A DNA stretch of 64,000 nucleotides from an uncultured Phycisphaerales bacterium (GTDB taxonomy: Bacteria; Planctomycetota; Phycisphaerae; Tepidisphaerales; Tepidisphaeraceae). The notes below the pieces were generated by a model. The model did no database searches. It saw only the letters and a list, made by a program, of their open reading frames with translations, and was not told the DNA's origin. The translations under genes were made by a program, and so were the position numbers. Shown one piece after another: positions 23,227 to 34,127 of this stretch. How positions within the stretch are numbered: position 1 is the stretch's first letter; the number at the start of each line of letters is the position of its first letter. The stretch lies in contig CAWBWQ010000001.1 in assembly GCA_963792535.1 (NCBI GenBank), positions 96,001 to 160,000 on the forward strand. The letters are read 5' to 3'.

Positions 23227-23661
23227 ATGGATCTATTAACACAATTGCAAAATGACATGAAGCTGGCCATGAAATCTGGTCAGAAGGATCGCCTGGGCGT
23301 CATTCGGATGCTCATCAGCGACGTCAAAGTAATCGACCTGCAGCCCAGCAAACCGACTGCCGAGCAGGCAGTGGAATCGTATGCGAAAAAGCTACGGAAA
23401 AGCGTCGACGAATACCAGAAACTCGACAAGCCCGATGAAGTTGCCAAGCTGAAGTATGAGCTTGGGGTGGTGGAAGAATACCTGCCCAAAAAAGCCTCTA
23501 CCGGGGACACTGAGTCGCTGGTCGAGCAGTTCCTTGCTGCTCATAATTTTACGGAAAAACAGACCGGTCAGGCGATGGGGGCGTTTATGAAGGCCCATGG
23601 GAAGGAAGTAGATCCCGCCATTGCAAACGCTTTGCTACGCAGCCGACTGGCGGGCAAATAA
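23227..23661 (+). CDS. GatB/YqeY domain protein
   Basis: QNDMKLAMKSGQKDRLGVIRM...ELGVVEEYLP...GQAMG. Confidence 0.85.
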   Translation: MDLLTQLQNDMKLAMKSGQKDRLGVIRMLISDVKVIDLQPSKPTAEQAVESYAKKLRKSVDEYQKLDKPDEVAKLKYELGVVEEYLPKKASTGDTESLVEQFLAAHNFTEKQTGQAMGAFMKAHGKEVDPAIANALLRSRLAGK

Positions 23662-23702
23662 CATCGGTATTGCTAGTGCAACGCATAAATTAAGGAAGAA
23701 TC

Positions 23703-24188
<486 letters not shown>

Positions 24189-24349
24189 CCGGCGCTATGC
24201 CGCTCGATCCATTCACGAAATCGAGAGTGGTTCCTGAAATTTTCTGGTCCCATAACCCCTTTCGATCCGATGTAAAATCTGTTATGGAACTAGCGGTTTC
24301 CGAAGGATCGGAAACCCAGCCGCGCTGCAAACAAAAAGGAGTATTTCCA

Positions 24350-24577
24350 ATGGCCAAGAAGATCACAGAAATCAAGTCCAAGAAGCCCGCCGCCAAGGCA
24401 GCTGTCAGCACCCCGGTGCGAAACAGCGCTATCCCGAAGGTGGCGGCGAAGAAGCCGATCGAAATCACGTTCGATCTGATCGCCCGGCGGGCGTTTGAAA
24501 TCCACGCCTCGGGCAAAGGCGGTTCCGAAAGCGACAACTGGTTCGCAGCCGAACGCGAACTCCGCGCCGGTCTGTAA
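24350..24577 (+). CDS. DUF2934 domain protein with Lys/Ala-rich N-terminus
   Basis: IARRAFEIH...DNWFAAEREL; AAGGAG RBS. Confidence 0.8.
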   Translation: MAKKITEIKSKKPAAKAAVSTPVRNSAIPKVAAKKPIEITFDLIARRAFEIHASGKGGSESDNWFAAERELRAGL

Positions 24578-24601
24578 GCGCCTCGGGGCTGCAATTAATC
24601 T

Positions 24602-24667
24602 GTCGGTGGTCAGTGGTCCGTTGTATGCCAACCGCATGTACAACGGACCACTGGCGACGGACAACTG
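24602..24667. repeat. Heptamer-based inverted repeat (REP/STRR-like hairpin)
   Basis: Perfect 15-bp IR CAGTGGTCCGTTGTA (24611-24625) / TACAACGGACCACTG (24639-24653) within period-7 units. Confidence 0.7.
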
Positions 24668-24691
24668 TTATTCCACCGGCTACAATGGCCC

Positions 24692-25375
24692 ATGTCCGAC
24701 CACCGGAACGACGATTTGCCAGCATCTTCTCCGGCGATTCCGCTGTTTCCGTTGCCCAACGTCGTTTTGTTTCCCCGGGCAATCCTTCCGCTGCATATAT
24801 TTGAAGAACGGTACAAGGTGATGACCGCCGATGCATTGTCGGGCGGGAAAAAAATCGCCATGGCGTTGCTGCGTCCCGGCTGGGAAAAGAATTACGACGG
24901 CGCGGCCGCCATCGAACCGGTCGTCTGTATCGGCAGCATCCTGGCTCATGAACAACTGGATGACGGCAGATACAATCTGCTTCTGCAGGGGGTGGCCCGC
25001 GCAACAGTTGTTCGCGAAGTGACCCTCCGCCCGTATCGAACCGCTCAACTGCAGACCCTGGCCGAACCCGCCTCTATGGAGATCGATCTGTGTAACCAGC
25101 GCCGCCAGCTGGTTTCGATCTTCAGCAACGGGCGCTTCAGCAGTGTTCCACTTTGCCAGAAATTTCTGGAAATGCTAAACAGTCACCTTTCCACCAGCGA
25201 CATCGCGGATCTGATAAGCTTTAACCTGATTGATGACGTGCAGGTGAAACAGCAGTTGCTGGCTGAGCCCGATCCATGCCGGCGGGCTGAGCGCGTGGCC
25301 CTGCTGCTGGAGCGCCTGCAGATTCTTCCCGGTTGGACCGCCGACCAGGATGCGGAAAAAACCAGCTCGAATTGA
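24692..25375 (+). CDS. LON peptidase substrate-binding (Lon N-terminal) domain protein
   Basis: IPLFPLPNVVLFP..LPLHIFEERYK; LDDGRYNLLLQG. Confidence 0.9.
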   Translation: MSDHRNDDLPASSPAIPLFPLPNVVLFPRAILPLHIFEERYKVMTADALSGGKKIAMALLRPGWEKNYDGAAAIEPVVCIGSILAHEQLDDGRYNLLLQGVARATVVREVTLRPYRTAQLQTLAEPASMEIDLCNQRRQLVSIFSNGRFSSVPLCQKFLEMLNSHLSTSDIADLISFNLIDDVQVKQQLLAEPDPCRRAERVALLLERLQILPGWTADQDAEKTSSN

Positions 25376-25382
25376 ACCTGCC

Positions 25383-28180
25383 ATGCAAGACGAGGATCTG
25401 CTGCGACGGCTGAATGAGGTTGAATCGCGCCTTCTCCACATGGAGGCGTTGCTGGGGATTCGTTCCCGTCAGATTCCCGCGCACTTAAAGACTGTTGAGC
25501 CTTCCAGGCCGATTGCCGATCAACCGCATCACGCGCCGCCTCCGATTCCGCCGATGTCAGCGCGCAGGCAGCATGCCATCCAGCCCGCCGGCGAAGGTCA
25601 CAGTTGATGATGCTCCCCAACCCGTCCTGGATTTTGACGAGATACTCCCTGATGTCCCTGATGCTGATCGAAAATCACCCCTGCCCGTGGCGGCGGTGAC
25701 TGTTTCTTATCCGTCGCCGGATCGAAAACCAACGAACGACCGGGCCGCCCTGGAGCAAACGATCGGCTTAAAATGGGCCGGTTGGATTGGGGCCGTGATC
25801 CTGGCGCTGGGGGCATCGTTTGGAATCAAGTTCGGGTACGAGCAGGGATGGTTCGGATTTGTTACGCCTTCTGTTCGCGTGATGATGCTCGCGCTGGGCG
25901 GGTTTGCCTTGATCGGTACCGGCGAATGGATCTATCGCAAAGTCGACAAGCTGGCGGCGGTGGGGCTGTTCGGCGCGGGCGTCGCCGTGCTGTTTGTCGT
26001 GAGCTACGCAGGGTATGGGTATTTGCACGCGTTCAGTAATGAAACGGCATTTATTCTCATGGGCGTTTCATCGGTGATTGGAACACTTGTCGCGCGACGC
26101 GGCGGGTTTGTCTCCATCGCGGTGTTGTCGCTGATCGGCGGTAATCTGGCGCCGGCAGTATTGAGCAACGCAAACACTCAGATCGTCGCATTCCTCGGTT
26201 ATCTTCTTCTGCTGCAACTCGTTGCATTATCGCTGGCGGCGTGGGGGGCAAACCCCAAATGGTGGACGCTGCGCGGGCTGAGTTTTGCCACTATTGCTGC
26301 CTGGGTTCTGGGCCTTCACGGTGTGTCGCCTCATCAGACGATCGCGATCTTCGTGATCATTTTTGCCGCTCTGTTCCAGGCCGAGCTTGTTTTCTCCGCG
26401 CGGCGATCGCGTCTTAACGGCGCGTCGGCGGGGGTGGTCTTCAGCATCCTGGTAACAGCCTGGTTGACCGCCGAACTGCTGTTCCTTCTCAATGCAAACA
26501 CAACAGCCCTGCGTTTGACTTGCGTATTAGGGATGGCCGGTGTCGCCGCTATCGGCGCTACTGCATGCTTTGGGACTGCCAGGGAATCAACGGCGCTTCG
26601 CACGTTGGCGATCGGGTACCTGCTGCAGTCGCTTGCATTGGTTGTTGTTGCGGTTCCGATCGCGCTGTCGGGGATTTGGATCTCCGCGTCGTGGGGAATT
26701 CTTGCGATCGTATTGGTCGTCGCGGGATATATTCTTGATATACCTGCGGGCCGGTACGCCGCAGCAGGAGTCTGGGCACTGGCTGTCGGTGAATTTGCGC
26801 TCTGGACCCTGCCGCAAATTGCGGGGTTCGATCGCCTTCGCGTCGGTTTCACGCTGAATTTTGTTGTCTTTCCCGCTTACCTGGTCATGGGATGGAGCCT
26901 GGCGATCGCGGGGCAGCTAGTTGCGCAGCTGATGAAAGAGAAACGTAGTCGTGCCATCAGCGGGCAACTCCTGTTAGCGGCGCTTGCGCTGAGCATTGCA
27001 GCGAGCGGGCTTTGGATAACCGCCTCCCTGGAAGCACTGCCGCCACTTAGCGCCACGCTGTCATTGGTATTGCTCGCCTGGATTCTTTTCAGCGCGAGCC
27101 TGCTCAATGAAGATGGGAACCTATCCCTCCAGGCGTCGGTCATTCTCGTCTTGACGACCGCAAAATGGGCTCTTGCCGATACGCTGCTCGCTCGATTTTC
27201 ACACACCTGGGATCCCGGCGACCAGATGCCTTTCCTGACCCCGGGCATCGGTGTGGCGTCACTTCTTGCAGTCTCGCTATGGAGTTTTCACGCGCTGCTT
27301 CGGGCGGACAATCCAACACTGGCTTTGAGTCGCCGCGCTGGGCTCGAACGTGCTTCCGTTGCTGGTGCTGGTTTGGGCCGGAAGTTTTGAGATCGATCGG
27401 GTCGCCGACCGTTTAATTCCACCGGCTGCGATGGGAATCGGTGCCTGGCAATGGAAGCAGTTGCTGTGGACATCCTGGTGGACGCTTAGCAGCGGTGGCT
27501 ATCTGCTGGTGATGCATTGGTTTTCTAAACGCGAGCCGGCATCGCAGGCGTCGCTGCTGGACCGGGTTTGGAAGCTTTCCGCAGCCATCACGCTTAAATT
27601 TGTAGTGATAGATCTTCTGTTCTTCCGGATCAGCCAATCACCACTGGCAAGCCCGGTTCTTACCGGTCCGCGTACCCTTGTCGGCACGGTGGTGGTGGGG
27701 TGCTTGATCCTGGTTCACTGGTTGATGGCCGGTCCCGCCTCATCTCGATCGATCCATCCGTCAGCGCGCGCCTGGATGCTTGGACTAGCGGTTGCAACCT
27801 TTTTTGTATTGGGGTCCATCGACATTGATCAGGCATTTATCAACAACAAGATTGGTTCCACAGGATGGTTTACGAATCCTCAGCACGCCGAGCAGGTAGC
27901 GCTGTCGATCTTCTGGTCGGTATTTGCCATCGCCTCGGTGGTGAGCGGGTTTGTATCGAATACAGCGTCGCTGCGCTACGTTGGGCTCGCGCTATTTGCA
28001 GTCGTGATACTGAAGGTGTTGATCGTCGATTCGCGCGAGATCAGCACCGGGTATCGCATCCTGTCGTCGATCGGCCTGGGTTTGCTTTTACTGGGAACCA
28101 GCGTTTTATATGGAAAACTGACTCCAAAACACGCAGCGTCCGATCAATTGCCCGGTGAGGAACCCGGTCGCGTTTTCTAA
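25383..28180 (+). CDS. DUF2339 family multi-pass membrane protein; apparent frameshifts ~25570 and ~27330
   Basis: LEQTIGLKWAGWIG near the N-terminus; ALSIFWSVFA...LRYVGL...KVLIVD...YRILS at the C-terminus. Confidence 0.8.
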
Positions 28181-28236
28181 ACTTGCCAGCCCGCGCCGCT
28201 CTACTTACCATCCGCATACAAGTGCGAGGAGCTACT

Positions 28237-29535
28237 ATGTTGCGTCGCTGGATGGTTAGCGGGCTTTGCGTCGGATTGCTTGCCTCTGCGTTGCTGGCCA
28301 AGCCGGGGGTTGTCACCGATCGCCACGGGCAGACATTCAAAGGCGACGTCACCGAAGACGACAAGTATGTTTATATTCAAGGCGCCGGCGGGCAGATTCG
28401 CCTGGATAAGCGCAACGCGACCATCACCTACGCCGACACGATTGATACGCAATACAAGGCGCGTTACGCCAAGCTGGCCCCCAATGACGTGCAGGGCCGG
28501 ATCGACCTCGCGCAGTGGGCCAATGCCAATCAGCGTGCCGACATTGCCGTAGCAGTGCTTCGCGAAGCGCGCAAGATCGATCCGATGAACAAAGATGCCG
28601 CCCGCGCGCTGGACGCAGCCGAGCAGCAGTTAGACATGGATCAGGCGGGGGTTCCAAAAGCCCACGCGCCCGCAGTGGTTACCACGGCCCCGAGTGGTAC
28701 GGCACCTACTACCCAGACGACGGCCGCCGCACCTGAAATTCCCAAAGTCCGGCGACTGCTCACCATGGATGAAATCAACATCATCCGCCAGAAAGAGATG
28801 CAGCAGGACGATCCGAAAATTAGAGTCCGCCTTGAAAACGGCGTTGTACGCCGCTATCTCGCCACCGGCGACCATGATCCCGCCGAGTTCGCGAAATTGA
28901 CGCCTCAGGCCCAGGCGGCGGAAATCCTCGCGCACGGCGACGCTAAAATGTCCAAGGACGTTCACATACTTACAGACCCTGCGGCTATTGCCGAATATCG
29001 AACAAAGGTTCAACCGCTGATCGCCAACGGATGCGCCAGCACCGCCTGTCATGGTGGGACCAAGGCCGGCGATTTTGCCCTGTATTCTGGTGATTCCACC
29101 AGCGCGGCTTATACCAATTTTTATACCCTCTTCGGCTACTCCCTCGCCGTCGACGGTGTCCGCTACCTCGCTCTGGATCGCGACACCCCCGAGCGTTCCT
29201 TGGTGTTGCAGTATGGGTTGCCCCGTGCCGACGGTAAACCACCGCATCCCAAGGTGGCCAACTGGCGTGCTCGATTCAAATCTACCAGCGACCCCGCGTA
29301 TGACACGATCTCAAGCTGGATGACCAAGTCGCTTAGCGTGATGCAGCCGGAGTATGGAATCCAGGTCGCCGTTCGTCTGCCGGTGGCCGCGAGCGAGCCT
29401 GCCGCTGCGGGTTCCGCGCCTTTGTCGGCGCCACTGCCCGCCGCGTCGGGGGAAGCCCCTTCGCCTGCGCAGCCGATTACTCCGGTGCTCCCGTTCCATC
29501 CCGATCATTCGCCGAAGGTGAATCCCGACAAATAA
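28237..29535 (+). CDS. Secreted hypothetical protein with a CxxxxCH (cytochrome c-like) motif
   Basis: Signal peptide; VQPLIANGCASTACHGG; PERSLVLQYG; Pro/Ala-rich linkers. Confidence 0.6.
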   Translation: MLRRWMVSGLCVGLLASALLAKPGVVTDRHGQTFKGDVTEDDKYVYIQGAGGQIRLDKRNATITYADTIDTQYKARYAKLAPNDVQGRIDLAQWANANQRADIAVAVLREARKIDPMNKDAARALDAAEQQLDMDQAGVPKAHAPAVVTTAPSGTAPTTQTTAAAPEIPKVRRLLTMDEINIIRQKEMQQDDPKIRVRLENGVVRRYLATGDHDPAEFAKLTPQAQAAEILAHGDAKMSKDVHILTDPAAIAEYRTKVQPLIANGCASTACHGGTKAGDFALYSGDSTSAAYTNFYTLFGYSLAVDGVRYLALDRDTPERSLVLQYGLPRADGKPPHPKVANWRARFKSTSDPAYDTISSWMTKSLSVMQPEYGIQVAVRLPVAASEPAAAGSAPLSAPLPAASGEAPSPAQPITPVLPFHPDHSPKVNPDK

Positions 29536-29548
29536 CGGAATCGATTGA

Positions 29549-29971
29549 ATGCCACCGATTGATTTGCTCTGCGGACTTCTGCTGCTTACCGCCGGGGCGG
29601 CGGTGTTCTACCGGCAATGGCATCGCCGCGAGCAGGCGATCTACCAGCAGTTGGCGGCAGAGCATCAAATGCACTACAGCCCCCGCGATCCACTTCGGCT
29701 CACCCCGCGCGTGGCTGCCCAGATTCCTCTGCCCGGCGCATCGGCCGTACGCGTAGTCGACCTGCTGTATCGCACAGACGATCGCTTTCATTACTATGTG
29801 TTTACCGCCGAATACACCGTGGGTGTAGCGGGTCCAAAGCACCGCGTCCGTCGTGCCGCGGCCTTTACCGAGAGCAAATCCACCAGCGCCGCGCCGAGCA
29901 CGATCCGCATGGCGCGACCTGAAATCTCGCTGATCGAGCAATATAAATCACTGATCGCTGACTTCGGATAG
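29549..29971 (+). CDS. Hypothetical protein with N-terminal membrane anchor
   Basis: 140-aa ORF following the previous gene; hydrophobic N-terminus. Confidence 0.55.
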   Translation: MPPIDLLCGLLLLTAGAAVFYRQWHRREQAIYQQLAAEHQMHYSPRDPLRLTPRVAAQIPLPGASAVRVVDLLYRTDDRFHYYVFTAEYTVGVAGPKHRVRRAAAFTESKSTSAAPSTIRMARPEISLIEQYKSLIADFG

Positions 29972-30024
29972 TAGACCGCAACCCCCGAGTTGATCGGTAA
30001 TAGGTCCCACGCGTTGCCAGGTTA

Positions 30025-31086
30025 TTACCGCACTGGCGATTCTGCTGAGGCGCCCAGTCGGTATTCGGTGACCTGCCTGTATATTTCGCCTGGTTTTAAC
30101 AGGCAGGTTGGAAAATGATGCTGGTTGACCGCATCCGGGAATTTCTGAGCTTCAAACGCAAAGCCTGATTGTCTGGCGTAAGCAACCCCGTCTTTGCCCT
30201 TGAAAGCGCCGGATAAAAAATTACCGCTATAGAACTGCATGCCGGGTTCGGTCGTCCATACTTCCATCCAGCGACCAGTTTGGGGCTCGTAGATTTCAGC
30301 TGCTTTTGCGAGCGTTCCATCCTGGCTGTTCAGCACCAGGTTATGGTCGTATCCCGCGGGGTTGCCGGTCATCGACTGCATGTCCTGGCCGATGGGTTTG
30401 GCGGTGGTGAAATCGATGGGAGTGCCTGCCACCGGGGCGACCTCGCCGGTGGGAATTTGCGTCTCATCCACCGGTGTGTACGCATTGGCGTAGAGCTTCA
30501 AAATGTGCGAACCAATGCCCGATTTTCCTCCGTCTTTCAGGTTCCAGTACGAGTGATTGGTGAGATTGATCGGGGTGGTCTGGTCGGTGGTGGCGGTGTA
30601 ATCGATACGAATGGTGCTGGTGTTGGTCAGCGTAAAAATGACACTAACCTCCACGGTGCCGGGAAATCCTTCGGCCCCGTCCGGATCTGTCAGTGAAAAT
30701 TTGAGGGACGTTCCATCAGAAGACGCGATTTCTTCAACAGTCCAGATTCGCTTGTCGTACCCCCGCAGCCCGCCGTGCAGTGAGTTTGAGCCGTTGTTAA
30801 TGGCGGTCTGGTAATTTTTCCCATCAACCGTGTACGCACCTTTTGCGATGCGGTTTGCCACCCGACCTACAGTGCAGCCGAAATACGGACTGTCTTTTTC
30901 ATAGCCCGCGAGGTCGTCGAACCCAAGCACGATGTCCTGAAGATTTCCATTTTTGTCGGGCACAATGACGCGCGTGATCGTAGCCCCGTAGTTGATCAGG
31001 TCGACAACCGCCCCCTGATGATTAGAGAGCGTGAATTGATCGACAGGCTCGCCGCCGGCGGTTATGCCGAATGGTTTTGTTTTCAA
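30025..31086 (-). CDS. galM: Aldose 1-epimerase (galactose mutarotase)
   Basis: GRVANRI, NSLHGG, NLTNHSYWNL, GYDHN, EAQKFPDAVN. Confidence 0.93.
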   Translation of the reverse strand: MKTKPFGITAGGEPVDQFTLSNHQGAVVDLINYGATITRVIVPDKNGNLQDIVLGFDDLAGYEKDSPYFGCTVGRVANRIAKGAYTVDGKNYQTAINNGSNSLHGGLRGYDKRIWTVEEIASSDGTSLKFSLTDPDGAEGFPGTVEVSVIFTLTNTSTIRIDYTATTDQTTPINLTNHSYWNLKDGGKSGIGSHILKLYANAYTPVDETQIPTGEVAPVAGTPIDFTTAKPIGQDMQSMTGNPAGYDHNLVLNSQDGTLAKAAEIYEPQTGRWMEVWTTEPGMQFYSGNFLSGAFKGKDGVAYARQSGFAFEAQKFPDAVNQHHFPTCLLKPGEIYRQVTEYRLGASAESPVR

Positions 31087-31111
31087 AGGAACTCCGGGGG
31101 TTACTATTATT

Positions 31112-31888
31112 TCATGCAGAGATCGTCGACAAATCGACAGCGCTCATGCTGACCGAAGTCGTCGTCGCCGGCGAGACAACCGGCGCGGGCGTTTGATTCT
31201 TATTCATCCCCTGGACGAGCAGCGTGATAACCGCTGCCAGGGCCGCGATGGAAAGCACGATCGCCACGGTTAACAGCCAGGTAAAGCGTTGTGCCTGCTT
31301 GTGCATCATCCGTTCGAGCTGACCGTCGCGTTTTTCGATGTTGTCGCGAACCTGTTCCAGGACCTGCGCGCTGGCGCTGGAGTTTTTGCTCACCGTCTGC
31401 ATGGCTGACCCGACGCTGGATAGATTTTCAGAAATGTTTTTATTCTGCTCGGCCACGTCTTCCACCCGCGACCTGACATCTTCCACCACCTTGCGTTGCT
31501 CATTGTCGTTGTCGGCCAGCTTGCCAAGGATTTCACCGATCAAATTCTGCTGAGTGGTCTGCTGTTCCAGTCTGGCACTGATGGCTTTCAGCGATTCGAC
31601 CTGCAGCCGGTTGGTTTCCGGGATCCCTTCGATCGCCTTGGGCAAATGGGAAAGATATTGAAGCAATTCGTCCTGGCGGCGACCCTGGTCGTTCAGGTTA
31701 TCCTTAATGGTGCTCATCAGGTCAGTAAGGGTATTGAATCCTTCCTGCAGGTTTGCAACCGCCTGGTCGCGTTTGTTCAGCGGGCGCAGCAGAGAGCCTT
31801 GGCCGGGAACAATCTCACTGCCGGGCGCTTTGTCCCGCTTAAACCACGATCCGATGCGGGCCATGAACCCAGGTGATTCATCACTCAT
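31112..31888 (-). CDS. Coiled-coil protein with C-terminal transmembrane helix
   Basis: GGAG RBS before MSDESPG; long heptad-rich region; FTWLLTVAIVLSIAALAAVI. Confidence 0.65.
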   Translation of the reverse strand: MSDESPGFMARIGSWFKRDKAPGSEIVPGQGSLLRPLNKRDQAVANLQEGFNTLTDLMSTIKDNLNDQGRRQDELLQYLSHLPKAIEGIPETNRLQVESLKAISARLEQQTTQQNLIGEILGKLADNDNEQRKVVEDVRSRVEDVAEQNKNISENLSSVGSAMQTVSKNSSASAQVLEQVRDNIEKRDGQLERMMHKQAQRFTWLLTVAIVLSIAALAAVITLLVQGMNKNQTPAPVVSPATTTSVSMSAVDLSTISA

Positions 31889-32015
31889 TAGTTGCTCCGA
31901 GGGAGTATTTTTGGCGGTTTGACATGGTCCGTGGACAAATCTACCATCCGCGCGCGTGGGGTCAACGAAAGTCGAAATCTGTTTTGCCGCTGAATGATAA
32001 AACGCGAATCTCCCC

Positions 32016-32914
32016 ATGAACGATCCCGCCCCGACGATAAAGATTACAGCCCGCCGAGGGCAGCTCATGTGCTGCCTAGTCACGGTAATGCTGGGACTGG
32101 TCGCTTCATGCAGCAAGCCCGCGAACGTCGCTGATAACAATTCCGCTGCGCCGACCGTCGCCTCCCTGGTTCCGGCGGCGACGGATTTAATTGTCGGCAT
32201 GGGTGCGCGGGATCGGCTTGTCGCAGTCAGTTCGTACGATGACAAGCGACCGGATGTCCGCCAACTGCCGCGGGCCGGAAACTATGAAACGATCGACTGG
32301 GAACTCCTGCGATCGCTTCATCCGACAGTGCTGATTACTCAGACACGCCCGATCGCCAGCCAGCCGGCTTTAAGGCCAATGCCGTTGAACTCGGTATTAC
32401 TCCCGTGAATGTGAAAATAGAAACGCTGGACGATATTTTCACCACTATCGATCAACTTGGCGATGCCATGAAGGAATCATCGCTCGCGCAGACAGCGCAT
32501 CAATCCTTGCGGGCAAGGCTTGACGCGGTCGCAAAACTGAACCTGGGCCGGCCGCCGGTCAGGGCGATGATCGTGATAAGCTCGACCGCACAGAACGTGG
32601 CTGGCGTGGGTACCTATCTGAATAATCTATTGACGCTGGCGGGCGGTGTGAATGTGCTTGGCGCTGAGATGGGGCATTGGCCAGCGATCGATCGGGAAAA
32701 GCTGCTGTCGCTGAATCCCGAGGTGATTCTGCAACTGCTGCCCGATGCGTTGCCGCAGGAGCGCGAAGAGGCGGCGGCGGTGTGGAAGCAGCTTCCACAA
32801 TTTCCCGCCGTCGCAGGTGGGCGGGTCTATCCCATCTATGAAGGTTATGCTTTGCTGCCGGGCTGGCACGTGGCCGATCTGGCTGAGAAATTCAATCGGT
32901 GTCTTCACCCTTGA
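32016..32914 (+). CDS. BtuF/helical-backbone ABC substrate-binding lipoprotein; apparent frameshift ~32350
   Basis: LVASC lipobox; VASLVPAATDLIVGMG..DRLVAVSSYD; LLTLAGGVNV; PAVAGGRVY. Confidence 0.8.
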
Positions 32915-32981
32915 ATCCTTCAGTGATCGATCATTCGTCAATCGTCGCGCATCGGGTTGGCCCGGCATCGGACCGCACATC

Positions 32982-33989
32982 ATGAAAACATCGCGCTGGG
33001 GCATTTTTCAAATGGTGTCGACGCTTTTGATCTGCGTCGGTGGATGGACCATTGTGGCTTGCGCATGTTTGTGCGTCGGATCGACCAGCAGCGGTTTTCA
33101 TTGGCCCAGGTCAGTTGAATTGATGCAGTATCGGCGCGAAATGGTGCTGCTGGCGTCGTTAATCGGCGCGGCCCTGGCATCGGCCGGGGTTGTGTATCAG
33201 GCCATTTTGCGAAATCCGCTGGCTGACCCGTATCTGCTGGGCGTCAGTAGTGGGGCGATGCTGTCGTCATTTATATGGCGCTTTTCTTCGGTGGCGTTGC
33301 TCGCCGGCGCGGCGGGGGCGTTAGGCCAGCAGGCGTTTGCCTTTGCCGGCGCGCTGATTGCCATCGCAGTTGTGTTCCTGCTTTCCATGCAGCGGGGCAG
33401 GCTGCAACCTATCACGCTGCTTCTGGTAGGTGTGATCGTCAATTCAATCAACGGCTCGATTTTTCTCCTGCTCAACGCGATCGTGCATGACATCACCGGT
33501 GGCAGTGGAGGCCCGATGTCATTTCTGGTCGGAGGCATCCAGACCAACCTTACCCGGTTTCAGGAAAGCGCCGCCGGGCTGGCGGTGGGAGTCTGCTGGG
33601 TGACACTGATGTATTTGAGCGGTCAACTTAACACTGCGGTGCTCTCTGAAGCCGAGGCGGCCGCGCTGGGTGTGCAAATTCACCGCCTGCGCTGGACGGC
33701 GCTGGTCGTCGCCTCCCTGATGACGGCAGCGGTCGTTGCGATCAGCGGGCCTATCGGATTTATCGGGCTGGTCTGTCCCCACGTCGCCCGTTTGCTGGTG
33801 GGTAACGACCAGCGGCGACTTTTGCCCCTGGCCACCGCTATGGGAGCATCGCTTCTGGCAATCGCAGATGCGATGTCACGCAGCATCGCTCAGACGACAC
33901 TACCGGTCGGTGTGCTGACCGGCCTGCTCGGCGGGCCGTTTTATTTGCTGCTGTTGTGGAATGCGCGGCGGCGCACAATCGCCGGGTGA
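32982..33989 (+). CDS. FecCD/BtuC family ABC permease
   Basis: QAILRNPLADPYLLGVSSGA; EAAALGV; SGPIGFIGLVCPH; LPVGVLTGLLGGP. Confidence 0.9.
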   Translation: MKTSRWGIFQMVSTLLICVGGWTIVACACLCVGSTSSGFHWPRSVELMQYRREMVLLASLIGAALASAGVVYQAILRNPLADPYLLGVSSGAMLSSFIWRFSSVALLAGAAGALGQQAFAFAGALIAIAVVFLLSMQRGRLQPITLLLVGVIVNSINGSIFLLLNAIVHDITGGSGGPMSFLVGGIQTNLTRFQESAAGLAVGVCWVTLMYLSGQLNTAVLSEAEAAALGVQIHRLRWTALVVASLMTAAVVAISGPIGFIGLVCPHVARLLVGNDQRRLLPLATAMGASLLAIADAMSRSIAQTTLPVGVLTGLLGGPFYLLLLWNARRRTIAG

Positions 33990-34127
33990 GAAAAATTCCA
34001 CCTGCGGCGATTAACTTTTTCGGCCCTGTTTTCCGGTCAAGGCCATGAATTCATTTGCTGGAATTCGATACCAAAAGCCCTACGATGGGCCCGCGCCGAC
34101 CTCCTGGCGGAGGGTTTTCCCATTTTT

